A stretch of 64,000 bases of DNA, from NCBI GenBank assembly GCA_964574655.1, contig CAZNOH010000002.1, forward strand, positions 29,620-93,619, read 5' to 3'. Position 1 is the first letter of the stretch. Each line of letters begins with the position of its first letter. The position numbers and the translations under genes are program-made. Below, piece after piece: positions 36,944 through 46,894 of this stretch. The DNA comes from an uncultured Candidatus Saccharibacteria bacterium. Lineage in GTDB: Bacteria; Patescibacteriota; JABMPQ01; JAQVVF01. The notes under the pieces were generated by a model. It worked only from the letters and a program-made list of their open reading frames with translations. It ran no database searches and had not been told where the DNA came from.

Positions 36944-38344
36944 ATGAATAATTCAACAAGATCTCAAAAGGGTGCAGCATTAATTGTAGTATTGGTTTTC
37001 ACAAGCATTTTTATGGTTGTGGCAATCGGTTTATTGCAATTAGTCGGTACCTTATACAAAACATCTGTAAAAAAACAAAGCTCTCTTCGCGCATTACAAA
37101 TTGCCGAAGCTGGAGTCAATTATTACAAATGGCGTCTTTCGCATTCTCCAAATGATTATTCAGGTTCAGGAGATTACAACTATACAGATCCTTATGGTGG
37201 AGTGATTGGCCGTTATAATTTACAGATTACTCCGCCAATAACTGGTTCAACAATTCTTACAATTACATCAACAGGTTATCTGAACGACGATCCAAATATC
37301 CACCGCACGATAGAAGTAAAATATGGAAAAAAATCTTTATCAGATTACACATTTTTTACTCATAGTAATGTTTGGTTTGGAGATGATGAAGAAGTAAAAG
37401 GCAAGATCCATTCAAATGGCGGAATCAGAATGGACGGCATTGGCGATTCAATAACAGAAAGTTCTCGAGAAAAATATATTTGCGGACCAGAGCATGGTTG
37501 CAATTATGTTGAACATGATGGAGTTTGGGGCACAGGAGAGATACAAGAGCTATGGCATTTCCCACCAGCCTATCAAGTTCCAACAATTGATTTTAATTCA
37601 CTTAGCGTTAATCTAGGCGGAGCTGGGGGATTAAAAGAAAAGGCGCAATCAGCAGACGGAGATTATATCGGCTATTCAGGCAGTTTTGGTTATCGCATCA
37701 AATTCAATGCCAATCCCGCAACTTATGATCTATATCGTGTTACAAGCACAAGGTCATCATATGGTTACGATCTTGCTGACGGCTGGAAATGGCGATACAT
37801 TGATATTCGCAACCAAACATATGTTGCTACATATCCAATTCCAGCAAATGGAATAATATTTGTTGAAGATCAAGTTTGGGTTGATGGAGATGTGCAAGGA
37901 CGAATTACGCTTGCTTCCGCAAATTTTTTGGCAACTGGCTCAGATCGTAGTATAATAATTAATGGAGATATCAATTATGTAGCAAAAGATGGTAATCATG
38001 TGCTAGGACTTATTGCTCAAAAAGATATTCTAGTCCCGCTTTATAGTCCAGAAAGGCTTGAAATCAATGCAGCGATGATCGCTCAAAAAGGACATGTTTT
38101 TTTGTATAACTACCAAGCCTCTCGTTATGGTGCAAGCTTAGTAGTAAAAGATTATATTGAAGTATATGGAAGTATCGGAACAAATAATATCTGGACCTGG
38201 TCATGGGTAAATTCACAAGGAACCGTAGTATCAGGCTATAAACAAACTGAAACCATCTTTGATAAGAATTTAACATACGCGCCTCCTCCAGATTTTCCAC
38301 ATAAAGAAGAATATGAACAAATCAGCTGGAAAGAAATACATTAG
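36944..38344 (+). CDS. prepilin-like protein (PilX-like, 466 aa)
   Basis: N-terminal GAALIVVLVFTSIFMVVAIGLL hydrophobic helix, then a large globular domain. Confidence 0.55.
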   Translation: MNNSTRSQKGAALIVVLVFTSIFMVVAIGLLQLVGTLYKTSVKKQSSLRALQIAEAGVNYYKWRLSHSPNDYSGSGDYNYTDPYGGVIGRYNLQITPPITGSTILTITSTGYLNDDPNIHRTIEVKYGKKSLSDYTFFTHSNVWFGDDEEVKGKIHSNGGIRMDGIGDSITESSREKYICGPEHGCNYVEHDGVWGTGEIQELWHFPPAYQVPTIDFNSLSVNLGGAGGLKEKAQSADGDYIGYSGSFGYRIKFNANPATYDLYRVTSTRSSYGYDLADGWKWRYIDIRNQTYVATYPIPANGIIFVEDQVWVDGDVQGRITLASANFLATGSDRSIIINGDINYVAKDGNHVLGLIAQKDILVPLYSPERLEINAAMIAQKGHVFLYNYQASRYGASLVVKDYIEVYGSIGTNNIWTWSWVNSQGTVVSGYKQTETIFDKNLTYAPPPDFPHKEEYEQISWKEIH

Positions 38345-38349
38345 TTAAT

Positions 38350-38488
38350 AATAGCTAATAATCAATAATCAATAATCAACGAATATCCAATATCCAATAA
38401 CTGAATAATCAATAAAGTGATCATCGTCGATTTGGTTATTAGAAGATTGGTTATTGATTATTCGTTGATTATTGGTTATTGATTATTC
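38350..38488. repeat. about 140-bp perfect-arm palindrome upstream of pilM
   Basis: aataatcaataatcaataatcaacgaatatcc...ggttattgattattcgttgattattggttattgattatt. Confidence 0.6.
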
Positions 38489-38496
38489 AAGAATTT

Positions 38497-39570
38497 ATGA
38501 GTAACTTTTTCACTCCTAAAAAACAAGCATTCGGTATAGAAATAAGCGATGCTTCAATAAAAGTTCTCCAACTGAAAAAAGGAGGCAAATTTTGTAAACT
38601 TCTAGGCTATAATATTTTAAAAATTCCTCAAGGATTAGTAGTCTCAGGTGAAATAAAAGACACGAATATACTTGCCACTCATATTCAAAGAGCTGTGCAA
38701 AATGCAAAGCCAAGAAGAATTTCAACCTCAAATGTGGTTTGCTCGCTTCCAGAAAACAAAACATTTGTCAGGATATTAGAAATTCCTCAGATGAGCAAAG
38801 AAGAGCTTAGCGAAGGAATTAAATGGCAAGCAGAGCAATATATACCATTGCCAATAGACACAGTTTATTTAGATTGGCAAATTATTGAAACAGTAGATAG
38901 CAAACAAAGAATTCTAGTTGCCGCTGCACCCAAAAAGCTTGTTGATGACTACATAAAAGCATTAAAAACAGCCAAGCTAAAGCCTTTAGTTTTGGATCTT
39001 GAAGAAGCTGCTGAAGCGCGTGCTTTGATTTCTGAAGATCAAAAAGAAGCAAGTCTGATAGTTGATATCGGCGCCACAAAAACAGTATTTATTGTTCATG
39101 ATCGAAAAATAGTTCCTTTTGCATCCAATACTCAAGAAGTTTGTGGAAATAAATTTACCGAAAATATTAGCAAAGCCTTAAAAATAAGAATTGAAGATGC
39201 AGAAGTTAAAAAAACAGCTTGTTGCAGTTCAGAGCTATCTTCCGAAGAAAAAGCATTGCTGCAATCAATTTATCCATTATTTGATTCTCTTGCTATTCAG
39301 ATAACCAAAATCATTAATTACTATCAAAATCATTTCAAATCTGCAAATCCTATCAGCAACATTATTTTGTGTGGTGGAGGCGCAGGGATATCTGGCATAG
39401 TTCCTCATTTAACATTAAAATTAAAAATGAAAATAGCTGTTGCTAATCCGCTTGCTAATTTATCAGTAAAAAAGAATTTACCAATAAATAAAAAAGACAT
39501 TTTAAGATTAACAACTGTTATTGGGCTTGGAATTAGAGGTTCAGAAATCATTGAATATAGTAAACTATAG
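38497..39570 (+). CDS. pilM: type IV pilus assembly protein PilM (actin-like ATPase fold)
   Basis: FGIEISDASIKVLQL N-terminus and a two-lobed actin-like length; start placed at MSNFF. Confidence 0.8.
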   Translation: MSNFFTPKKQAFGIEISDASIKVLQLKKGGKFCKLLGYNILKIPQGLVVSGEIKDTNILATHIQRAVQNAKPRRISTSNVVCSLPENKTFVRILEIPQMSKEELSEGIKWQAEQYIPLPIDTVYLDWQIIETVDSKQRILVAAAPKKLVDDYIKALKTAKLKPLVLDLEEAAEARALISEDQKEASLIVDIGATKTVFIVHDRKIVPFASNTQEVCGNKFTENISKALKIRIEDAEVKKTACCSSELSSEEKALLQSIYPLFDSLAIQITKIINYYQNHFKSANPISNIILCGGGAGISGIVPHLTLKLKMKIAVANPLANLSVKKNLPINKKDILRLTTVIGLGIRGSEIIEYSKL

Positions 39571-40103
39571 GATGATGCCAATCTACAAATCTTATGCCAA
39601 TTTACAAATTGCTAATATGTTAATGTCATGAATAATTTTACGAATTTGGTTTATCCAGAACTTTCGTATAAGATAACGGGTGTTTTATTTGATACTCATA
39701 ATAGTTTAGGAAGATTTTGTAACGAACAACAATATTCAGATTTTCTTGAGGACAATCTGAAGAAAATGAAAATAAAATATGAACGTGAAAAAATATTACC
39801 AAAATCTTTTGAAGAAGAACAAAAGGGACGAAACAGAATTGATTTTTTGATTGAAGACAAAATAATTTTAGAAATCAAAGCAAAAAGAATCGTTTTGAGA
39901 GAAGATTATTATCAAGTTAAAAGATATTTAATTGCCTTTAATAAAAAATTAGGCCTACTCGTAAATTTCAGAGACAAATATATTAGGCCAAAGCGTATTT
40001 TAAACTCCTCAGTAAAAGAGTATGAAAGTGTTAACAATCAGCAAATCGGCATAGCAAATTAGCAATTTGTAAATTGGCATAAAATTAGCGTATTGGCATC
40101 ATT
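39571..40103. mobile_element. cassette flanked by inverted repeats, carrying a GxxExxY gene and inserted between pilM and pilN
   Basis: The left arm at 39571-39619 (gatgatgccaatctacaaatcttatgccaatttacaaattgctaat) is the reverse complement of the right arm at 40050-40103 (attagcaatttgtaaattggcataaaattagcgtattggcatcatt). The left arm starts right after the pilM stop codon. Confidence 0.6.
39628..40062 (+). CDS. GxxExxY family protein (TIGR04256; IVS-associated)
   Basis: YPELSYKITGVLFDTHNSLG N-terminus and the downstream IDFLIEDKIILEIKA...LGLLVNF segment match the family pattern. Confidence 0.8.
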   Translation: MNNFTNLVYPELSYKITGVLFDTHNSLGRFCNEQQYSDFLEDNLKKMKIKYEREKILPKSFEEEQKGRNRIDFLIEDKIILEIKAKRIVLREDYYQVKRYLIAFNKKLGLLVNFRDKYIRPKRILNSSVKEYESVNNQQIGIAN

Positions 40104-40117
40104 AAATCCAAACGTCC

Positions 40118-40669
40118 ATGATCACAATCAATCTATTATCATCTGAAGAAAAAAAGGATATTTCCTACGAAAGAAGCAATATCTCTCTTGTCGGTTCTTT
40201 TGTCATACTTGGCTTTGTCCTTATAATGCTTACTTTTGTGCTTTACACAATCAGCGACGTTCAGAAAGGCACTTTAAATGCAGTAGCTTCTGAAACAAAA
40301 AACATTGAAAAATTTCTCAATCAAGAAGGGAATGCACAAATTGAATCAAAGATAAAACAAATCAACAATTACTTAAGCACAATCAAGGCAATAGAAGAAG
40401 ATAGAACTGATTTTGCTAAAACACTTACAGAAATTGCTAACCAAACTATCACAGGCATCAGAATTTTTGACATTAAGCTAAACAAGACTGACAAAAACTT
40501 TGAAATTTCAGGCAATGCAGTTGCAAGAGATAATTTAGTGCAATTCACTAGCAATCTAGGAAAGACAGGCTATTTTGAAAGCATTGAATCTCCTCCATCA
40601 AACTTAATAAGCCCAACAGATATTAGCTTTAAAGTAACCGGCAAATTAACAGATAAAGCGTTAAAATGA
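40118..40669 (+). CDS. pilN: type IV pilus protein PilN
   Basis: N-terminal ITINLL motif followed by one TM segment and a coiled-coil region. Confidence 0.75.
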   Translation: MITINLLSSEEKKDISYERSNISLVGSFVILGFVLIMLTFVLYTISDVQKGTLNAVASETKNIEKFLNQEGNAQIESKIKQINNYLSTIKAIEEDRTDFAKTLTEIANQTITGIRIFDIKLNKTDKNFEISGNAVARDNLVQFTSNLGKTGYFESIESPPSNLISPTDISFKVTGKLTDKALK

Positions 40670-41355
40670 AGACTCTAAACAAAAATCAGAAATCATGGCT
40701 AACAATAGGCATCAGTCTAGGCATTGTTTTGATTTACGCAGGATTAGTTATTTATCCTCAAACATCAAATATCCTTGAGCTCAACAGCAAAATCTATAAA
40801 GAAAAAATTAGACAAGCTGAGCTAAAAATCCAAGAAAATGATATAAAGCAGGCAAAGGACAGAGAGAGCGATGTAGATATCATCTTGGATCAGCTCTCAA
40901 TTCACTTAACAACAAAAGACGATATTCTGAATTTTATTATTGAGCTTGAAAACATCGCAAAACAAACAAACAATACTCAGGAAATAAATATAGTAGAGCA
41001 GACAAATGCGCCTCAAGTCCAAAAAACAGAAAATGAAGAAAAGCCAAGCAACACGAATACTGGCACTAATTCATCGGCCACTGTTGATCAGGAGCAAGCT
41101 AGCACAGCAAAAGATTTCATTGAGGTTGAAGTTAAGCTTCAAGGCTCTTTTGAAGATTTAATCGCTTACCTTAGCGAACTAAAAAAAGCCACCATTCTAA
41201 CCGATGAAACTTCTCTTGAAAGCCAGTTAGCTGAGCTAGCATCAACGCAAACAAACAAGCAGCTTGTCCAAAATGAAACAGCGCCTCAAACAAGCGACCT
41301 TTCATCAACGCTCAAACTTAGAGTTTATATAAAAGATCAAAATGTCACAAAATAG
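40666..41355 (+). CDS. pilO: PilO-like pilus assembly protein
   Basis: N-terminal TM segment then coiled coil; 4-nt overlap with pilN; placed in the pilMNO order. Confidence 0.6.
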   Translation: MKTLNKNQKSWLTIGISLGIVLIYAGLVIYPQTSNILELNSKIYKEKIRQAELKIQENDIKQAKDRESDVDIILDQLSIHLTTKDDILNFIIELENIAKQTNNTQEINIVEQTNAPQVQKTENEEKPSNTNTGTNSSATVDQEQASTAKDFIEVEVKLQGSFEDLIAYLSELKKATILTDETSLESQLAELASTQTNKQLVQNETAPQTSDLSSTLKLRVYIKDQNVTK

Positions 41356-41626
41356 CCCCAAAACAAGCCAAAAAGTAACGAATTACTTCCAGAAGAATAA
41401 CAACAAAGCAATTATTCTTGGTGTTTTTGTTGTCTCATTTTGCTTCGTTATATTTGGATCTTGGGTTTATCTGGTAACCTTTCTAATGCCTAAAGAGCCA
41501 GTCCAAAGCGAGATAATGCAAAAACGCCTTAAAATCGATAGCAAGAAATACGAAGGCATTATGCAAAGCCTTGCGAATGACCAAGAATCAAAAGCCCTCT
41601 CTCCAAGCACCAATCCTTTTAAATAA
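41342..41626 (+). CDS. small single-TM protein (PilP-position gene?)
   Basis: Overlaps pilO by 14 nt; one TM segment. Confidence 0.4.
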   Translation: MSQNSPKTSQKVTNYFQKNNNKAIILGVFVVSFCFVIFGSWVYLVTFLMPKEPVQSEIMQKRLKIDSKKYEGIMQSLANDQESKALSPSTNPFK

Positions 41627-41789
41627 GCATTATTGTCTTATACAGTATGAAAACAGGCACTTTTTGATTATGGCTATTTCAAGCCAAAATGACCTAAAAA
41701 TGATAATTGCTAGTGTATAATTATGACTATTTTAAAACGTTGTGCGTATTCTGCCTTATAAGAGCCAAAAGAAGAATTCAAAAAAAGGC

Positions 41790-41856
41790 TTGACATGGTT
41801 TTTGGGCAGTATACAATACAAGTACAGCCGAACGTATATGATACCTTCGGTTTTTT
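41790..41856 (+). promoter_or_regulatory. promoter TTGACA-N16-TACAAT followed about 10 nt later by an intrinsic terminator (leader or small RNA)
   Basis: ttgacatggtttttgggcagtatacaat...ccgaacgtatatgataccttcggtttttt. It lies about 300 nt upstream of the LysM-CHAP gene. Confidence 0.5.
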
Positions 41857-42152
41857 AATCCCTAAAATTAACTTATCTAATCTAGCCTTTTTTAAAGGCT
41901 AGATGAACCTAAATTGACTGGATAGCGAAAGACGATCTGTTTACACTTGAACTGGTTACCAATCAATTTGCAAGGAATACATATAAGCCTATTACTAGGA
42001 CAAGAAAAATCTTTGTTCATCTAATACCCAATATCAAAATTGGGCTGAGCAAGATTTATAACAAGTTTACAAAAACAAAAGAAAAAATCCAAAAACATTT
42101 AAAAATATTAGAACCTTTAAAAAATATTGCTAAAAAATATAGCAAATTCTAT

Positions 42153-43268
42153 TTGCACGCTGCTGTCATTATTATTGCTATTACTGTTGCAACATTCAAT
42201 GTATTAGCAAAAGAAGAAACAGTAACAGTCAAAGACAGTAGCATTTTAGCTAACTTAGTATTCCCAGAACAACAAAAATACGAAATTGTTAAGAATGCTA
42301 ACAAAAAGCCAGCTAAGACTAATTACTTATCTATTATATCAATCGCTTCTGCTTCACCTACTGGTGGTGCAATGAATACAAGCAAAAATGCTGTTGGTGC
42401 AACTTCAATTGCAACATTAGCTAAAGCTACAAAAAGCTTGCCTATGTTCAATAGCGATACATTAGTTAAAAATAGTTCAGTTAAAACTATCAAAACTAAG
42501 ACTGAAACAGAAAAAAGAAATGAACCTTTCAAGTATTTCGTAAAAGATGGTGATACAATTACTAACATCGCTTACAATTTCGCTGTTGATCCAGCTACTA
42601 TATTAGTAGAAAACGATTTATATGCTGATGACATCATCAAGCCTGGTATGGAATTAACTATCCTTCCAGTTCCTGGAACTTCTAAAAAAGTAGAAGCTGG
42701 CGATACTTTGGATCAAATTGCTGCTGACTCTGAAGCTGATCTTGAAAAAATTATAAAATTCAACAAATTAGCTAAAGCAGACAGTATCAAAGAAGGTCAA
42801 ATCTTAATTATTCCTGATGGAAAACGTTCTATTCAGGAAAGACCTATTCCAACTCCAGAAGAACAAGAAACATTAATTGCTACTTACAACGAAACAAACG
42901 ATACACAATACGAAACACCAAGCGTATATCAATCTCCAGTTGTTCATATTCAAGGTAGAGTTGCAAACAACTTTCCTTGGGGACAATGTACTTGGTATGT
43001 TGCTGAAAAACGCGGAGACGTTACATGGAATGGTAATGCCCGTGAATGGTTATGGAATGCCCAAGCTCAAGGTAGAGCAACAGGTAGAATTCCAGCCGTA
43101 GGCGCAATCATGGTTACAAACGAATCATGGTATGGCCACGTTACCTATGTAGAAGCTGTTAACGGTGACTCTGTCACTATCAGCGAAATGAACTTCGCAG
43201 GATTTGGTATTGAATCTACAAGAACAGTTTCAAATAGCAATGGTGTTATTCTAGGCTACATTTATTAA
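42153..43268 (+). CDS. LysM-LysM-CHAP peptidoglycan hydrolase
   Basis: Two LysM modules (DGDTITNIAYNF and AGDTLDQIAADS) and a C-terminal CHAP domain with Cys in GQCTWYVAEK and His in GHVTYVE. Confidence 0.8.
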   Translation: MHAAVIIIAITVATFNVLAKEETVTVKDSSILANLVFPEQQKYEIVKNANKKPAKTNYLSIISIASASPTGGAMNTSKNAVGATSIATLAKATKSLPMFNSDTLVKNSSVKTIKTKTETEKRNEPFKYFVKDGDTITNIAYNFAVDPATILVENDLYADDIIKPGMELTILPVPGTSKKVEAGDTLDQIAADSEADLEKIIKFNKLAKADSIKEGQILIIPDGKRSIQERPIPTPEEQETLIATYNETNDTQYETPSVYQSPVVHIQGRVANNFPWGQCTWYVAEKRGDVTWNGNAREWLWNAQAQGRATGRIPAVGAIMVTNESWYGHVTYVEAVNGDSVTISEMNFAGFGIESTRTVSNSNGVILGYIY

Positions 43269-43397
43269 AAAAGATATCCAGATAAAACCCCGGATTTTCC
43301 GGGGTTTTTGTTTTATTTAAAATGTGTTATATTATAATAAATTAAAGACGCGATTAATCGCGTCTTTACAAAAAATACTAAAAAATAAAATCAAAAC

Positions 43398-45167
43398 ATG
43401 TTCAAAAAAGCATCAATTATGGCAAGTGTTTTGTTATTAAGCTTTGTGCTAATAACAAATAATTCCTTAGCTGCTTTGAGTTGGGAAACTCAAGTAAGTG
43501 GAACAACGCATGAACTAAAAAGTATCTCAATTGCAACCAATAGCATCGGACTGGCTGGGGGATACAATTCATTAACTGGCGAAAGTGTATTAATAAGAAC
43601 AACAGATGCTGGTACTACATGGGAAAATGCTGGAACTACAATTTCATTTGGGGCAGGAATCTATGAAACAATGGACGTCAGTACCTATTTTAGTTCAAGC
43701 GAAAACAAAGTTTATGTAGCCGCAATATTTTCCCACAGCTCAGGAGGATATGGTCATGTTTTTAAAACAAATGACTTAGCTAATCTAAGTGGTGCATGGA
43801 CAAATACAAATATGGGGTTTGGAACTTACCAAACAAGCTCTGTCAAACAAATTGATCAAAATAATATCTATACCACTGGAAGCGATTCCGGATCTAGCGT
43901 TATAACAAAAAATGGGGCATTGCTTACAAATACTGATGCTTTGACCATCAAGCTAGTTGATATTGATTGTACTGACGAGAATCATTGCTGGGCAATTGGT
44001 TCAGGCGCTGTTGCTATTACTAGCAATGGCTCGACTTTCGATAGCGGGTATATCAGTGGTTTACCGATAGTTATTTCTGGTATTGATATGGTTAATAGCT
44101 CTCTTGGCTATATTGTCGGAAATAGCGGGACTATTTACAAGTGTTCAAGCAATAATTGTGCAAGCGAATCAGATTGGTCGCAAATGAGCAGTGGCTTGAC
44201 AGATAATCTACAAGGCATTAGTTGTATTAGCGCTGATACCTGCTGGACAGTCGGCAACTCTGGAGTTATCTATAAAACTACTAACGGTGGCACAAGTTGG
44301 TCATCCGAAACAAGCGGTACTATTTTAGCTCAATTAGATTCAACTGCACCAACAACAACAGCCTCACCAGCAGGAGGAGAATACGCTTCAGCTCAAACAG
44401 TTACTCTGACTGCAACAGATGAAGATTCAGGAGTTGACGCAACATATTATACAATCGATGGCTCAACACCAACCACTTCTTCAACAGTTTATTCATCACC
44501 AATCGCAATCTCAGCTACAACAACCCTCAAGTTTTTCTCAGTCGATAATGCTGGCAACAGCGAAAGTGTAAAAACAGAAAGCTATGTAATAAGCACAACG
44601 CCGACACCAACGCCATTCAACAAAAAAATCAATCTTGAAAACGCAGTTCTAGATACAACTTACCACAGCACAGAATCAAATACTGACCTTCTATTCTACA
44701 GGCTTCCAAAACAAGGAGTAATTACAGATCTTTATGTTAAGATCACTCGTAACAAAAAGAAATATAACTCAAATTTTAAGAAGAAATTGAGCTATCCAGG
44801 CTTTGTCACTCTCACATCAAATATTGGCAAAGTAGATAAAGACATTTACAGCAAAGTAAAAAAGCACATCAAATTCAAAGTTGCTATCCGTTATTCGCAG
44901 AACAAGATTAACAAGCTAAACCTAAAAGAAAAGAATCTAAGACTTTTCTACAAGAATCAAAATAATGTTTGGAAAGGACCATTCACTGTTTATCAGAACA
45001 AAGACAACAATGTCATCAAGTTCAAAATCAGAAACTATCTTCTCAAATCAAATACAACTAGCATGCTAGGAAACAGAACATTCTCTCCAGCATTCTACTT
45101 CCAAGACCTGACAAAGATTAAATTCATCGTTGCCGAAAAAAACGCCTTGATAGAACTCAATAACTAG
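43398..45167 (+). CDS. secreted BNR/sialidase-like repeat protein with a chitobiase/hexosaminidase-C-like Ig domain
   Basis: Signal peptide, repeated TTDAGTTW and TTNGGTSW motifs, and PAGGEY...TLTATDEDSGVDATYYTIDGSTPT. Confidence 0.7.
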   Translation: MFKKASIMASVLLLSFVLITNNSLAALSWETQVSGTTHELKSISIATNSIGLAGGYNSLTGESVLIRTTDAGTTWENAGTTISFGAGIYETMDVSTYFSSSENKVYVAAIFSHSSGGYGHVFKTNDLANLSGAWTNTNMGFGTYQTSSVKQIDQNNIYTTGSDSGSSVITKNGALLTNTDALTIKLVDIDCTDENHCWAIGSGAVAITSNGSTFDSGYISGLPIVISGIDMVNSSLGYIVGNSGTIYKCSSNNCASESDWSQMSSGLTDNLQGISCISADTCWTVGNSGVIYKTTNGGTSWSSETSGTILAQLDSTAPTTTASPAGGEYASAQTVTLTATDEDSGVDATYYTIDGSTPTTSSTVYSSPIAISATTTLKFFSVDNAGNSESVKTESYVISTTPTPTPFNKKINLENAVLDTTYHSTESNTDLLFYRLPKQGVITDLYVKITRNKKKYNSNFKKKLSYPGFVTLTSNIGKVDKDIYSKVKKHIKFKVAIRYSQNKINKLNLKEKNLRLFYKNQNNVWKGPFTVYQNKDNNVIKFKIRNYLLKSNTTSMLGNRTFSPAFYFQDLTKIKFIVAEKNALIELNN

Positions 45168-45493
45168 TAGCAGTATAAGCTATTCGCAATCTAAAGCCCC
45201 TGGAAGAGGGGCTTTTTTGTGTTCAAAATTAAGCCACAGACAGGGATATATGTCAAATAGGCACTTTTCTAGGCAATATAGCAAAAGGCGTGTTCTAGCT
45301 TCAAATATTGAGTTTTTAAGGTATTGGACAGGTGTTATTTTATAATAATCAATAATGTATGCCAGAATCCCTTGACTGACAAATATCAATGGCTAGAGTG
45401 TATTTATTGTTTTTTTTAATAGCTAAAATAACAATGCTTTGCTTCATTTAAGCCTAAGCATGTAATATTTAAGCCCTTTTTTCAGAAATAGCC

Positions 45494-45562
45494 TTGACAC
45501 TACTTGCTCAGATGTTAGTATGTAATGTTTTGAGGTAATCACGTATGGTACGTGATTTTTTG
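45494..45562 (+). promoter_or_regulatory. promoter TTGACA-N16-TAGTAT followed at once by an intrinsic terminator (second leader of the same type)
   Basis: ttgacactacttgctcagatgttagtat...atcacgtatggtacgtgattttttg. It lies about 125 nt upstream of the SLT gene. Confidence 0.5.
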
Positions 45563-45685
45563 TTCCAATAAAAACGTGCTTTGCGCTTAGAAATATTGGC
45601 TTATGAAAGCCATATTATTGAGCATAAAGCATACGAAATGCTGACTAAATAGCAATATTTGTTAGCATGAGTTGCTTTCAATTAA

Positions 45686-46327
45686 TTGAAGAAATATTTA
45701 ACTTTAGTCGCTGCTGTTGCCTTTTTGACAATGGCACTATTCCCAAATATATCTAATGCTAAAATTGACAATGATAAATTGTCAAAAGCTAATATGCTAG
45801 AGAATAGATTAAATAAAAAAATTGAATTTAATGCTGAATTAGGCATTAATAAAGAAAAAATTGAAAAGAATAAAGCTAAGAAATCAGCTAAATTAGCTGC
45901 TGCTAAAGAAAACGCTGAAAAAGTTCAGAAAGATCTTGAGCTAGCTAAGACTCCTGATACCACTGGCTTTGACAACATTTATAAAGCTGCTGGTGAAAAA
46001 TATGAAGTGCCATGGCAAATTTTGTCTGGTGTTCACTTGATAGAAACACGTAGATCTGGTGATACTTCTATTGCATCTTATGCTGGTGCGCAAGGACCAA
46101 TGCAGTTCATTCCATCAACTTGGGCTATGTATGGTGTTGATGGTGACGGTGATGGTAATGCTAATATTCATGATTCTGATGACGCCATTTATTCTGCTGC
46201 TAACTATTTGTCTGCCTCTGGTGCAAGCAATGGCGATATATATAACGCTTTATTTGCTTATAACCACGCTGACTGGTATGTAAACCAAGTTTTGGATAAT
46301 GCTAGAGCTGTTGGTTATAATGCCTAA
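45686..46327 (+). CDS. SLT-domain lytic transglycosylase (MltB-like), secreted
   Basis: Signal peptide and the GAQGPMQFIPSTW motif. Confidence 0.8.
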   Translation: MKKYLTLVAAVAFLTMALFPNISNAKIDNDKLSKANMLENRLNKKIEFNAELGINKEKIEKNKAKKSAKLAAAKENAEKVQKDLELAKTPDTTGFDNIYKAAGEKYEVPWQILSGVHLIETRRSGDTSIASYAGAQGPMQFIPSTWAMYGVDGDGDGNANIHDSDDAIYSAANYLSASGASNGDIYNALFAYNHADWYVNQVLDNARAVGYNA

Positions 46328-46469
46328 TCGTGCGAATATCGCGAATGGCTTTGCCAACAAAAAACACGAATAAATTGAAAAACACGCTTCTCATGAAGCG
46401 TGTTTTATTTTGTATAAGCATAAATTTAAACACAAAAAAACTCGTCTAGCGAGTTATGAAAATGAACTG

Positions 46470-46766
46470 TTATTTAGCCAATGGATTCACAATCTCCATT
46501 TCAACTCCATCATTGATAACAGCAGAAAGTACAATGTCACGAATTTGATGATGGACTCTGCCACTGTCTTGTAAAAGAGCAGCCATTTTCAAAACTGCCA
46601 CATGATTTGGGTGTAATACACGATTCTCATCGCGACAATGTCTGACAAATTCAATGAAGGCAATAGAATTCTGGTGAACCAATCTTCTCAATGAATTCAT
46701 GATTATTGGCAAAAAATTCTTGCCAACTGTTGCGCCATTTTTCAAAGTCACCATCTCAATGCTCAT
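46470..46766 (-). CDS. hypothetical 98-aa protein (islet; SD AAGGAGGG)
   Basis: Terminator on the minus strand at 46436-46458; divergent from 46895..47302. Confidence 0.5.
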   Translation of the reverse strand: MSIEMVTLKNGATVGKNFLPIIMNSLRRLVHQNSIAFIEFVRHCRDENRVLHPNHVAVLKMAALLQDSGRVHHQIRDIVLSAVINDGVEMEIVNPLAK

Positions 46767-46894
46767 CTTACCCTCCTTGTCTCTGTTGCATCATGACTGC
46801 TTATAAAATAGCACGATGACTAATTAAGTCAATATTATTGACACAAAGTCAATATAATAGTAATCTAACAAGCTCAAAGACAAGGGAGGAAAAG

